DNA of 64,000 nucleotides, taken from assembly GCA_963717465.1 (NCBI GenBank), contig OY970340.1, forward strand, positions 2,720,001-2,784,000, given 5' to 3'. Positions 52,520 to 63,429 of the stretch are shown in pieces; positions within the stretch are counted from its first letter, which is position 1; each line of letters opens with the position of its first letter. The notes beneath the pieces are model-generated. The model saw nothing but the letters and a program-made list of their open reading frames with translations. It was not told the DNA's origin and searched no databases. The position numbers and the translations under genes are program-made. This stretch comes from Candidatus Bathyarchaeota archaeon (GTDB lineage: Archaea > Thermoproteota > Bathyarchaeia > Bathyarchaeales > Bathycorpusculaceae).

Positions 52520-53283
52520 AAGCAAAACTCCTAACCGACATAAAACTAATGTTTCTGCGAAACATGCATAATACTCTCCGAAGCCCTGTTTTCATTTTTG
52601 CAAGCATGTTTCAACCCCTCATGTACCTGTTGCTGTTTATGCCGCTTCTCAAAGGCTTAGGAGCCGTACCAGGATACTCCAGCGGCATTTCACCAAACGT
52701 TTTCATCCCCGGCCTTTTAGTATTACAAGCGCTCTTTGGCACAGCCTTCGTGGGATTCTCACTCATTGATGACATTCGCTCAGGAGTCATAGAACGCTTT
52801 CTGGTCAGCCCAGTGAGGCGGTCTGCAATTCTTTTAGGCAGAGTCCTCCGAGACGCAGTCATACTACTGGTTCAATGCGCACTTATAACCATAGTCGCTA
52901 TTCCATTCGGGTTAACCCTAAACGTTTATGGCTTCTTACTGTCGCTGATACTTTACGCCTTAATCGGCATAACCATGGCATCCATCTCATACGGCTTTGC
53001 ATTAATCTACAAAATAGAAGACCCACTTGCACCAACCCTAAATACTATAACATTACCCCTTTCACTCCTATCAGGCATAATATTGCCACTCACCTTTGCA
53101 CCTCTCTGGCTTCAAGACCTCTCAAAAGTAAACCCGTTCTCTTACGCAGTCAACGCCACCCGCGACCTATTTGCCGGCACCTTCCAAAGCATCACAGTTC
53201 TCGAAGGATTCTTAATCATAGGCATACTCACCATCATCGTTTTCGCCTGGTCGTTGAGGTCACTAAAGAAAATGGCAGCATAA
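52516..53283 (+). CDS. ABC-2 permease (DrrB-like)
   Basis: G..ERFLVSPV.R.AILLG, LSG...P, NPFSYAV; ATGA overlap with the ATPase. Confidence 0.92.
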   Translation: MKAKLLTDIKLMFLRNMHNTLRSPVFIFASMFQPLMYLLLFMPLLKGLGAVPGYSSGISPNVFIPGLLVLQALFGTAFVGFSLIDDIRSGVIERFLVSPVRRSAILLGRVLRDAVILLVQCALITIVAIPFGLTLNVYGFLLSLILYALIGITMASISYGFALIYKIEDPLAPTLNTITLPLSLLSGIILPLTFAPLWLQDLSKVNPFSYAVNATRDLFAGTFQSITVLEGFLIIGILTIIVFAWSLRSLKKMAA

Positions 53284-53522
53284 AAACGCCAGAAGACAGA
53301 AAAGTAGTCTTGCACGCTGAGGAAATTCTAACTCGAGCACAGATGAAACTGCAAAGTTATATTGAAGTTAATTTCAAATTAACCTAATACTATGAAAAAG
53401 GTCTTGCCCTATGAGAAATCAGTATTGAGGTATAACAATTGGGTTTGAAGTGAAAGGATTTGATGAATACAGGAGTTTAATTCCGAAAATCTCGGAAGAA
53501 GAGACCCTCAACTATTCAAAGT

Positions 53523-54260
53523 TCATTCCTTTAATTGGTGGGCTGGGGCAATGGGTGATTTTGAACTATTTTTTAGGATTGCTTTTTGAATTGCTTCAAT
53601 TCTTTGCTCAATCTCAGGATACATTCTTGGTAAAATTCTTGAAATCAGGACAATTGACTGGTCATTTTCTGCTGGGTAAACCTCTTTAAGCTTTTTTAAA
53701 GCAGCGCATAATTCTTCACCAAGATTCATTTTGACTGCGAAAAGATCACTTTCTATTTCCTGTTTACACACCCAGGAGGAATTAGCATAATATGAAGCAG
53801 CGAGGAAAAATAATAGAGTATGAATAGAATAACACTTGATTGAAATTTGAGTGAAATGCTAACAACGTCTAATAATATACTTAAGAATAATGGAGGCAAA
53901 AAAATTCTCGCAAACCTTTTACTTTTGTTACGGGAAATTATGTGGAAAAACTCATGCACGCCTACAGCAGCCACTTCATTTGGAGTGAGCGCAGCAAAGA
54001 ATTTAGCGTCATAAATTAGAGATGAATTGTTAAAGCTTGGCCGGCAGCATATTTGACCTAAGGGTAATCGGTAATAACGTTCAAGTTTGCTTTTTTTTAA
54101 AATCTTTCCAATTTTCAAAGATTTAGCAAGTTCATCTAAAATTTCAGATTGAAACGGTTGGCCTTTTTTTGCTTGCTATCACTAAACAAACGCAAGGTAA
54201 CATCTCACAGGTTGAATTGTTAAGTTAATTATTACAGTTATACTCAAATACTATTTTCAT
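53523..54260 (-). pseudogene. M48/HtpX-like Zn peptidase, fragmented
   Basis: HEFFH motif, then QEIESD, AALKKL, YP...RI in other frames; several disruptions. Confidence 0.55.
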
Positions 54261-54521
54261 TTTTTGATAGGATAGTAGCTGTTTGAAAAGCGAGAAGCTC
54301 TTTTGCTTGCTGTTGGTTGTCGTCAGCTTCAAGCAAAAAATCGTTTTGCGGTGGCTCCGATGGGTAAACTAGTTCCACAGGCGATTGACCGTACGCAAAA
54401 GAAACACATGATTATTATATTGACTAAAAAAAGCCGTTAAAAAACGCGTAGCTATTTCCCAAAAAAGTGTTTTTAGAGAGAACAATAAAAAGAGAGAAAA
54501 TATGAAGAGAAATATTTTTGG

Positions 54522-54959
54522 TTATTTCCACTCGTGTATTGCTATGGTGAATTCAGTCCACATGGGATCAGTGGCTTCTACGGTTACGATTGCGATTGTC
54601 TCGTTTAGCCAAGCCAGCTTTTCAGACATCGTCATGAAACACCATAGTCCAACAGCTGTTGGGTTCTTGCCCATTGTCATCTTCATCATGTCTACGCCTT
54701 TGATGATGCCCATTTCGCCGGTCATGGTCATGAATGTTCCTTGATCTTTTGCTTTTCCTATGCCTTTGGGAGGCATCATGCTAAACGCTGAAATGTTTAT
54801 GTTTGCATCAACGCCTTTTGCTTTCCCAGTGCCTTTCAATTGTGCTATCCACGAGTACATTGATTCTACACCTTCCATGCCAACGTTTTTTATGAAGCCT
54901 GGACCTGAGGTTTTACCTTTTCCTTCCCATAATTTTTCGCCCAAAACCAAGTTTATCAC
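54522..54959 (-). CDS. Hypothetical Met/Gly-rich beta-structured protein
   Basis: Clean 145-aa ORF ending KLAWLN...IHEWK; no recognisable function. Confidence 0.65.
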   Translation of the reverse strand: MINLVLGEKLWEGKGKTSGPGFIKNVGMEGVESMYSWIAQLKGTGKAKGVDANINISAFSMMPPKGIGKAKDQGTFMTMTGEMGIIKGVDMMKMTMGKNPTAVGLWCFMTMSEKLAWLNETIAIVTVEATDPMWTEFTIAIHEWK

Positions 54960-55270
54960 CTAAAAATCTAAACAGAAAACATGGTTCATAAGGAGATGCT
55001 ACTGTGCATAGTTTACAACACAGGCATTATTGCGTTTTTGTAATAGTTCCTGCCGCAGAAGACCAGTCAAAAGTGAAGGCTTAATTTTTATTTGTACTGA
55101 ACTGGAAAAGTGTCAAGAGTTAATAAAAAAAGAGGGAGCTTTTAATTGGAAATGTTTTTGCTAAAAACCAGTTTTGGGATAATCAACTTATTTTTAGGCT
55201 TTTTCGTACGTTTGACCAGTTTATTGGGGAAAAGTTATTTTATCAGATTTTTATTTAATTTTAAAAAACC

Positions 55271-56132
55271 TTGGACGTGAAAAGAAATTAGTTCAATTGC
55301 TAATCAATTATCGGAAATTCTTAAGAAAATAGGGTTAAGTGAGAAAGAGTCAAACGTTTACCTCTATCTTGCAAACAGTCACTCACCTAAAAACGCAACA
55401 GATATTTCAAATAGACTTCGGTTTTATAAAGGGGACACTTACCGTATCCTTACAAGCTTGCAAAGTAAAGGTATTATAGAATCAACTATAGATCGTCCAA
55501 TGGCATATATGGCTGTTCCATTCGAGAAAGTTTTGGATTTACAAGTTAAAACAATGAAAAATCAAATTAATTGCCTTGAAGCCGATGGAAAGAATTTTTT
55601 AGCTCAATTTAAATCACAGCAATCAGATTTCCCCTCGTTTAATAAAGAAAAATTTCTAATTCTAAAAGGGCAAAAAACAATTTACTCTAAGAGTTACCAG
55701 ATGGGTCGAGAAGCAAAGAAAGATATTTTATGGGTGTTTACAGAGCTTGATGGATTTCAATTCGATCCAAAACTTGCTGTCTGCAATGCTAAACTGAGAT
55801 CTCTAAACCTGATAAACATAACTCCTAAAGATCTTGAAAAAATTAAAAGATTAACAAAACTCGCTGTGAAAGCGGGTATGAATTTTGAAACTCGCTTTCT
55901 TGATTTTAATAAAGAAATGAACTTCAATGTTCTAATCGTCGACGATAAAAATGCAATGTTAATTTGGCAGCCTAAATTAGGCGAAGACATGTCTGCTTTT
56001 TGGACTGATAGTGAAGTATTTGTTTACGTTTGGCGAGTTTTTTTTGAAGAATTATGGAGCAAAGCTACAGAAATGAGTAAAAAATTACAGCAATTTGAAT
56101 TGAAAAAAGAAAGATTAGCCACTACTTCATGA
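55271..56132 (+). CDS. TrmB-family transcriptional regulator (indel at start)
   Basis: In-frame upstream HTH LKKIGLSEKESNVYLYL...TYRILTSLQSKG; C-terminal LIVDDK...FWTDS..FEELW. Confidence 0.85.
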
Positions 56133-56294
56133 TATTGGGATCAAAAGTCTTCTTGCCTGAAGAATGATTTGAACAAACTAAATCTATAGTTCTACTCGCT
56201 TGCGTTAAGCGGCAGTGTTCCTTTTTGATACCACTAAAATTTTATATGCAAATCTGAGAGCCGTTTATTTAAGACTTAAAGAAGGAAAACTAAA

Positions 56295-57140
56295 TTGAAG
56301 AATGAAAAAGAATTAAAAGCTGGTGTTGTTGGGCTGGGGTTAATAGGCGGAGGAATCGCGACTAGCCTAGTCAACAGTGGCAGAATCCCAGCAGTGTTTG
56401 ACATCATTCCGGATGCGTACAAAAAACATGCTAACGTACCTGCACAATTGGGCTCTTGCGCCGATGTCGCAGAGAAAAGTGATGTGATTATGGTTGCAGT
56501 ATTCAACGCTGAACAGGTTAAAGAAGTGCTTACAGGAGAAAACGGACTGCTGAGTAGATCCCATGAGGGTATGGTTGTTGTCTTACTGTCAACCGTCACA
56601 ATGCAAGAAGCGAAAGAGTTTGCAGCTCTTTGTGCCGAAAAGGAGGTCGGCTTTCTGGATTGTGGTGTCACGCCTGGTTCTCTTGCAGCTAAAAATGGTC
56701 TTGTTGCAATGGTCGGTGGAGATGAGAAAACGTTTGAATACGCTATCCCTGTATTGGCAGATTGGTCGGCAGATGCAATTTATTGCGGCCCTGCCGGTAC
56801 GGGAATGGCTGTAAAAATTGCCAGAAACGTTAACACTTATGGGATATGGCGTGTTGTTGTTGAGTCTACTAGACTTGCAAATGCGGTCGGTGTCACTCCT
56901 GACAGGTTTCTTAAGGTACTGGAGGCCGCAGATAAGACGGAGAATCTATTTTATAATGTACTCCGTAAGATCGCCACTTCTCCAGACGGCAAGGTGCCCT
57001 CGAATATGGCTAATATTCTTCTAAAGTATATGCTGAAGGACCTTGATGCTTCGACAGAACTCTCCAAAACTTTCGATGTGGACATGCCGATCCGTGACGC
57101 CGTCAAAAAATTAGTAAACGATACCGTTGATCTTCGTTAA
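56295..57140 (+). CDS. NAD(P)-dependent beta-hydroxyacid dehydrogenase family protein
   Basis: GVVGLGLIGG, LST, LDCGVT, MVGG, G.G..VKIARN, KDL. Confidence 0.87.
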   Translation: MKNEKELKAGVVGLGLIGGGIATSLVNSGRIPAVFDIIPDAYKKHANVPAQLGSCADVAEKSDVIMVAVFNAEQVKEVLTGENGLLSRSHEGMVVVLLSTVTMQEAKEFAALCAEKEVGFLDCGVTPGSLAAKNGLVAMVGGDEKTFEYAIPVLADWSADAIYCGPAGTGMAVKIARNVNTYGIWRVVVESTRLANAVGVTPDRFLKVLEAADKTENLFYNVLRKIATSPDGKVPSNMANILLKYMLKDLDASTELSKTFDVDMPIRDAVKKLVNDTVDLR

Positions 57141-57176
57141 ATTGAAAAATCTAAGTTCAATTGAAGAGGTATAGAA

Positions 57177-59208
57177 ATGAAGTATGAATCTACTCAGGGA
57201 ATGAAGGCTTTTGAACCATTCAACATCAAATCAATGCATCTGAAAAACCGTCTCGGAATTGGCCCATATGGGTCGCATCCATCAGCAAAAGACGGCTCGC
57301 CTAACGAGTTAACGGTAAAATATTATGAACAGTTGGCCGCAACTGGCTTTGGCTTCATAATGGTTGGAATCGTCAATCCTATTCCAAAAAACCTATTGCC
57401 GAATTACAGCAGTCGTGTAAATATTCACATTTCCGAGGACAATGATATCGAAGGATGGCGCAAAGTCACCGACGCAATCCACGCCCATGGCTGCTGTTGC
57501 GGTATTCAACTTGGATTATTCGGACTTATAAATTGCAACTACTTATCAGAGCTTGAAGGCGACCTGAAAAAATACGCTTTCAACGATATGTCAACAGGAG
57601 CGACCAACACTCAACTGCCCCCTGGAAACATCCTCACAAAGGAAGACATGCATAAAATAATTGAGTACAGCGGATTAGCCGCTGGGCGCGCTAAAGCCGC
57701 AGGTTTCGACTGTATTTCCGTTCATAATGCCCACAGTGATATTATGCTGGGCGCGTGTTCTCTTGACCCAATGTTCAATAACCGTGACGACGAGTACGGT
57801 GGACCCATTGAGGGTAGACTCCGCTACACTGTAGAATTAATCAAGGAAATGAGGAAGAACGTTGGCCCTGACTACCCCATCACTATGAGAATCAACGGTG
57901 ATGACCTGAAAGACGAATTAGGTAACAGTCTGGAAGACATCTGCAAATACATAATTCCAGAGCTTGAAAAGGCTGGTCTAAGACGCCATCGACGTATCGC
58001 AGGGCGGCTCTATGTACGCGGGTCAAGGATGTTTGCCCGTGTTGTATTATCCTCGAGCCTGCTGGATTTACATCTCCTCTACGATCAAGAAGTACGCTAC
58101 TGTTCCAGTATTCGGTGTAGGGCGCGTAACCAGCATAGAGATGGCGGAGAAGATTCTGCGCGAAGGAAAAGTGGACATTTTCTATATTGGTCGTGAAGTA
58201 TATGTCGACAACAAATTGATCCATAAATTCGAGAATGGCAAGTGCATGCCATCTGAAGTGCGCCAGTGCATTGGCTGCGATACCCGCTGCTTTCCCTGCT
58301 CCGTGAATTATGAGGCCATAGGGATGGTAGGCGCCCCGATAATTCCTATTACTCCCGCAGCAAAACCCAAGAAGATTTTGATTGTCGGCGGCGGCGTCAG
58401 CGGTATGGAAACTGCCAGAGTTGCTGCGATGAGAGGTCACAAGGTTAGTCTGTGGGAAAAAACTTCAAAATTGGGCGGCGCAGTAGGTATACTCGCCACA
58501 ACACCTCACCTGTCTGAATTCCAGAATGCCGTGGATTACCTGTCTGGTCAGATGACTGAACTAGGCGTGGACGTGAAGGTCTGTTGTGAAGCCACTGTAG
58601 AAAAGATTAAAGCATTTGCCCCCGATGCAGTCATTCTCGCTTCAGGAACATCTGAACAACTCCCCGAGGTTTTCAAGGGACAGCCGATGGTGATGGGCCT
58701 GATGGAAGCTATAGAGAGAAAGCGAGAATTTCGGAGTTTTGCTGGGTGGCGTAAGAAGGTATGGTTCTCAGGTTTTACGGGTTGCGAATTTGCACTCGAC
58801 CTTGCAGCTGAGGGCGCTGAAGTCACCATGGTCGGCCCAGGCGGAGACTCCACTGTTGCAGCGGAGCCGTGGTTTACACGTGACAGGAAGGTTTACCTCA
58901 GGAAAAGACTTACAGACGGCAACTTTATCAGGCGTAGCAAGGACACTGAGCGTGCTAATATCAAGATGCTATTTAAATCCAAAATCGAATTCGTAGACGC
59001 AAGCGGCGTTCACTACTATCACAATGGAATTCACAAGGTAAACGAATATGATGCTGTCATCGTCGTTTCGCCCAGAACTAAAAACGACCAGATATACGAG
59101 GAAATTTCAAAATTTGTTCCCGAGGTGTATAAAGTCGGCGACTGCGATAAAATCGGCCTCATCCAAGACGCAATCAAAACCGCTAACGAAATTGCCCGAG
59201 TTATCTAA
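57177..59208 (+). CDS. Old-yellow-enzyme-like FMN/Fe-S/FAD oxidoreductase (indel near 57980)
   Basis: LKNRL, AGFD...H, N.R.DEYGG, CIGCDTRC..CSVN, KKILIVGGG, VGDC. Confidence 0.88.
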
Positions 59209-59304
59209 TAAACAAGAAACCTCTTCTATTCAAAAAGCCTCTGCCGTGCACAATTCACAAACAAGCCATTAGCGCTTTTTTAATTAAAACCGCACGTTTT
59301 CTTG

Positions 59305-60444
59305 TTAGCAACCATCAGCCCTTATAACCCCAGTAAGACCCATCAATGTATTCAGCATCAATTGAGGATGGAGACCCTTCAGGTTTCTCAACAGTATAGC
59401 GCTTTCCTACAAAAGGAATTTTTGTTCCGCACTCGGGACATTTATAATCAGATGGCAAATCAAAGCTATCAACATATCAAATCGCCGCAAAGGCAATTGT
59501 GACGGCCTATAAGCTTTTTGCCGCAACTAGGGCAATTTGTATCCAGTTCAAGCAAACTATAAACGTAGTTTAATCCTTCATCTCTGACAGCCTTAGACAC
59601 ACTTTTCAAAGTGTCATAATTTATTATTTTATTATTCAATAAACATGTCCTTCTAAAGGGAAGCAAGTGCATTGGCTTATCAGGACCCAAGTTATCAATT
59701 ACCCAGCGACTGAGTTTCCTAATGTTCTGCACAGAATCGCCATACTGAAGTGAAACCAAATCGGTTAATTCAATGAAGACCTTATTATCCCGAAAAGTCT
59801 CTAAGGCAATTAAAAATGGGTTCAACATAAGGAACTTCACAGAGGTTACGGTAAAACTCTTTGTTTGCCGCACCTTTAAAATCCACTGTCACAGCGTCAA
59901 TATATAGTGAAATTGTATCTACTGCTTCAGAAGTCATGTAACCATTCGTAAGAAGCGTAGTAAACAAGCCCTCCTTGTGTGCAAGTTGAGCAGTGTCATA
60001 AGCGAACTCGAAAAAGACCTGTAGACTCATTATAAGTGGAAACTTATACCTTGGCAGCCCTTGCGTTTAGCATTATCCACTAATTGTTGAGGTTGAAGAG
60101 GTTCTAAACAATGGAAGCTTTGATTGCCTTCGTTAACTCCGCTTAAGGCGAAGTTCATGCAGAATTTACAACGAAAATTGCAGCCTAAAGTTCCAAAAGA
60201 ATATGTCATCGAGCCCGGGTTGAAATGATATAAGCCTTTTTTCTCTATAGTATCCACATAATTCACTGCGACGGAACCATAAACATCAGAAACTAGCATA
60301 CCCATGCATATTTCGTTTAACTCGACAAAAACCCGCCTTTCCCTCGGGAATCACGCATCTTCGCGCACAAACGTCACAACGAACACCTGACGGGACAGGA
60401 ACGTATAACATTGCTTCTTTGACGTAAGCTTGTTTTAGGGCCAT
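59305..60444 (-). CDS. Radical SAM enzyme, AmmeMemoRadiSam/PFL-activase-like (several indels)
   Basis: N-terminal CDVCARRC, IEKKGLYHF.PG, GCNFRCKFC, TNGY, VDFKG, C-terminal CPSCG and CPECG. Confidence 0.85.
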
Positions 60445-60577
60445 TTTAATCCCTTAAGTTCTAAAAGTATTAATCGGTTAAAACCCTATAAATTGTTCAG
60501 TCATTCATTAGAATGACAAACAGCAAACTTTTAAGTTAATTTTTGGATGTAGTATACGCATGAAAGGAGGCGAAAAA

Positions 60578-60835
60578 ATGGAACAGTTGAGTAAAAGTGA
60601 GAAATTAGAAATCACTATTGACACTGCAAGAGGTTCGCTTAAACTACAATTGCCAGAAGATGCACTTATAAAAGACATTGTTCAAGCAGTCCTTAAAAAA
60701 TTTAACTTAAACGCCCAAGAAGTATACGAATTAGTGCATGAAGGAGTAGCGCTAAGACCAGAGCGTACACTTCAAAGCTACAAAATCAAAGCTGGAGAAG
60801 TCCTGAACCTTGTTCGGGAGACACATGTTGCTTGA
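60578..60835 (+). CDS. Ubiquitin-like beta-grasp protein (Ubl)
   Basis: YELVHEGVALRPERTLQSYKIKAGEVLNLV aligns by eye to ubiquitin [35 protein letters not shown] SD at 60566. Confidence 0.85.
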   Translation: MEQLSKSEKLEITIDTARGSLKLQLPEDALIKDIVQAVLKKFNLNAQEVYELVHEGVALRPERTLQSYKIKAGEVLNLVRETHVA

Positions 60836-61248
60836 TTGACAAAGAAATCAGGCGCCTAATCGTTGAGGAGCAAATGGGCAATTTCCAAAAAGATAACGCG
60901 GACTTAATCCAAAGCAACGATTGGATCATAGAAGTTAAAGATACCACAGTCTTTGTAAAGATGAAAAGCCACAAAGATGGTGAGGAATACCTGCTTCGTA
61001 TTACGACAACAGGATACCCTTTTTGGAGCCCGCACATCGATTTTATTGACTTTTCAACTAAAACATCCGTAGCACGCGCATGGCCAGTTGATAGGCCCAA
61101 AGGCTGGATTCCGGTTTTTCGGGTTGACAGAGGATTTGTTTGCCTTGTTCCAAAAGCAGGACCCATCTGGTCAATTCCAGAAATTATTCTGCGCATACAG
61201 TATTATTTAGATTACGACGGCTATATAGGACGGTATAAGGAGCCTTAG
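60832..61248 (+). CDS. E2 (UBC-fold) conjugating enzyme-like protein
   Basis: YLLRI...GYPFWSPHIDF (YPxxxP), AWP, GFVCL (single Cys), WSIPEIILRIQ helix; TTGA overlap with the Ubl stop. Confidence 0.78.
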   Translation: MIDKEIRRLIVEEQMGNFQKDNADLIQSNDWIIEVKDTTVFVKMKSHKDGEEYLLRITTTGYPFWSPHIDFIDFSTKTSVARAWPVDRPKGWIPVFRVDRGFVCLVPKAGPIWSIPEIILRIQYYLDYDGYIGRYKEP

Positions 61249-61278
61249 CTGCCGTTTATTTACCAAGAAGGGATAAAG

Positions 61279-61865
61279 TTGGATGAAATCAAGATAATAT
61301 TACAAGAAGAAAAAAATGATGGCATAATCATTCCACAATATCATAATTGATCAAACCTTAGAATACATTCGATATTGGGGAGAGAAAGAACAAGAGACCT
61401 TGCTATTTTGGGCAGGAATCAAAAACAGCCAATCAACCTATGTAACTACATGCATATTCCCAAAAGCACATGCAATAGCCATAGAGATTGATACAAACCC
61501 ATGCCCAACAACAAATCCTCCTAACGTCGCATATATTAAACATATGCATGAACCGGGTATCCATTTAAATGCTGTAGAAGCAGCCAAAGTTATATCGGAA
61601 GCAAGAAAGAGAAACTTGACTATAGTTGCGCAGGTCCACTCCCATGAACATGAAGCCTACCACTCGTCGATAGATGAGAAAAATCCCTTTGATTCATCTG
61701 AAGGATTTTTGTCCATTGTTATTTCAGAATTCGGAAATCAAAATGTTAATTTTCTTGTCATCAAATGCAATCTATCAATGTGGGGCTAATGAAAAATTCC
61801 ATCAACTTACAGCCCAAGAAATAGAAAAAACAATCAAAGTAATAGATAGTAAAATTAACCTTTAA
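61279..61865 (+). CDS. JAB/MPN+ (JAMM) isopeptidase (indels near 61345 and 61755)
   Basis: ETLLFWAG (catalytic Glu), QVHSHEHEAYHSSID (HxH..S..D), GFLSIV. Confidence 0.85.
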
Positions 61866-63241
61866 GTGGTAAGCGTTTTGGAGCGAGAATATTTCTACCA
61901 AGCACGTGATAACCGAACATTGCTGTTTGCAGAATCAGATTATCGAAACAAAAAAGTCCTAATCACAATAAATGATCACTCGCTAGACACGTTTGATGGC
62001 CAAGTTATGCTGTTTACTGCATTCAACTTAACATGCAGGTTTTGCAGCAACATAGACATACAATGCAACCTGTCCACTAAAACCATCTATCTTGCGCCAA
62101 AATTTAATCAAGCAAAAATCTCTGACGCATTAATCCAGGCTGGATCAAAAATTGATCCATATGGCAAATTTACATTAGTCGACGCTCCTAAGGAGAGCTA
62201 TGATGGTGTTTTATCGATTGGAAATTCCCAAAGTGCAGTTAGTAACCAGATAAATATCGACAATGATGGCTGGCTAGCTTACCTCAATAAACCAAAAGAA
62301 CAAACTGGAAAATCCTCTTTGAATTCAAACCCAATCGGCGCTGGAGTTGCGGCATGCCTAGGTGTTTGTGAAATTTTCAAAAAACTTGTTCCAGCAAATA
62401 ATTATTGTCAGCAAATGGGCAGTTTCTGCTTTTCAGCTCTTGATTATTCATTAAATAAGCCTGATGCTGAAAATCCGCCTTTGCCTAAAGAAATAAAATT
62501 GGGCAATATTCAAATCATCGGGGTTGGCGCTGTTGGAAGTGCAGTTATAGCATTTCTTGATTTTCTACCCATCGAGGGCAATATTGAATTGATTGATAAT
62601 GAACGAGTTGATACTTCTAATTTAAATCGCTACTTCATTGCCACAACTGATGATGCGTGCAGACCAGCACGCGCTAAAGTAGATGTTGCGGAAAGCTATT
62701 TGTCGCAGAAAAAAGTCGGTTTAACCAAGTTTAATGGATTATATGAAGATTACGTGGAAAAGAATGGTCAGGGGTAAACGCAGATGTTGTTTTGCCTCTG
62801 GTAGACAACAATAAAGCTCGACAACTGGTTCAATTGAACATGCCGCGCTTATCGATTTATGGAACAACGGGCGACTGGGCATTTAGTGTATCACGCCAAA
62901 AAGCCTTAGAGGATGATTGCATTATTTGCCGACACCCCGGCAAAGAAACAAATGACCTGCCATGTGGAATTGTCGAATTAGATCAGCCTCAACCGAAAAA
63001 AGAAGAAAAACCAGTTAATGCGGCCGTCTCTTTTGTCTCAGCTCTTCCAGGCATACTAGTTGCAGGAGAACTAGTCAAGCTTAATTATAGCAAAGTATAT
63101 TCGGAAAATTTTCTGCAAATCGATTTGTCATCCAGTCCTCAGTTCATGCAGCATTTCAAACGAAGACCAACGGATACTTGTATTTGCCAAGCGCCCTGGT
63201 TTAGAGCAGTATACGAAAAAATACTATTAAAAAATAATTGA
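61866..63241 (+). CDS. E1 (ThiF/MoeB-like) activating enzyme with N-terminal inactive adenylation-like domain (indel in G-run 62771-62774)
   Basis: NPIGAGVAACLG..EIFK; GVGAVGS, D.E.VD.SNLNRY, K, VDN..AR, CIIC, PCG, VSFVS..G...AGELVK, CIC. Confidence 0.87.
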
Positions 63242-63429
63242 TTCTTTGATATCAGAAAATTGCTTGGTCTTTAAAAAAAGATAATGCCACTTATCTCGCT
63301 AAAAGAAAAAGGTTGTTTGTTACAGAAAGCTTGTTCTTTCCATAAACGATCAGTTGTCAATCTTGGTCACCATTTTTCAACGTCTTCAAGTGCTTTTAAT
63401 GCGTAAAAATGAAATCAAATGCTGCAAAT

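Noticed and set aside
52875..53689. 170-aa and 79-aa plus-strand ORFs
   Set aside because: Alternate-frame overlap of the permease and antisense to the M48 fragment; no motifs.
59305..60444. Viperin-like antiviral radical SAM enzyme
   Set aside because: The motifs (IEKK.LYHF.PG, N- and C-terminal Cys clusters) fit the AmmeMemoRadiSam family rather than viperins.
62769..62791. Programmed frameshift or naturally split E1
   Set aside because: One extra G in the G4 run restores a continuous adenylation domain, consistent with the window-wide indel errors.
60578..63241. ThiS/MoaD-ThiF sulfur-carrier or SAMP system
   Set aside because: The Ubl lacks Gly-Gly and resembles ubiquitin-type folds, an E2-like gene is present, and no cofactor-biosynthesis genes are adjacent.
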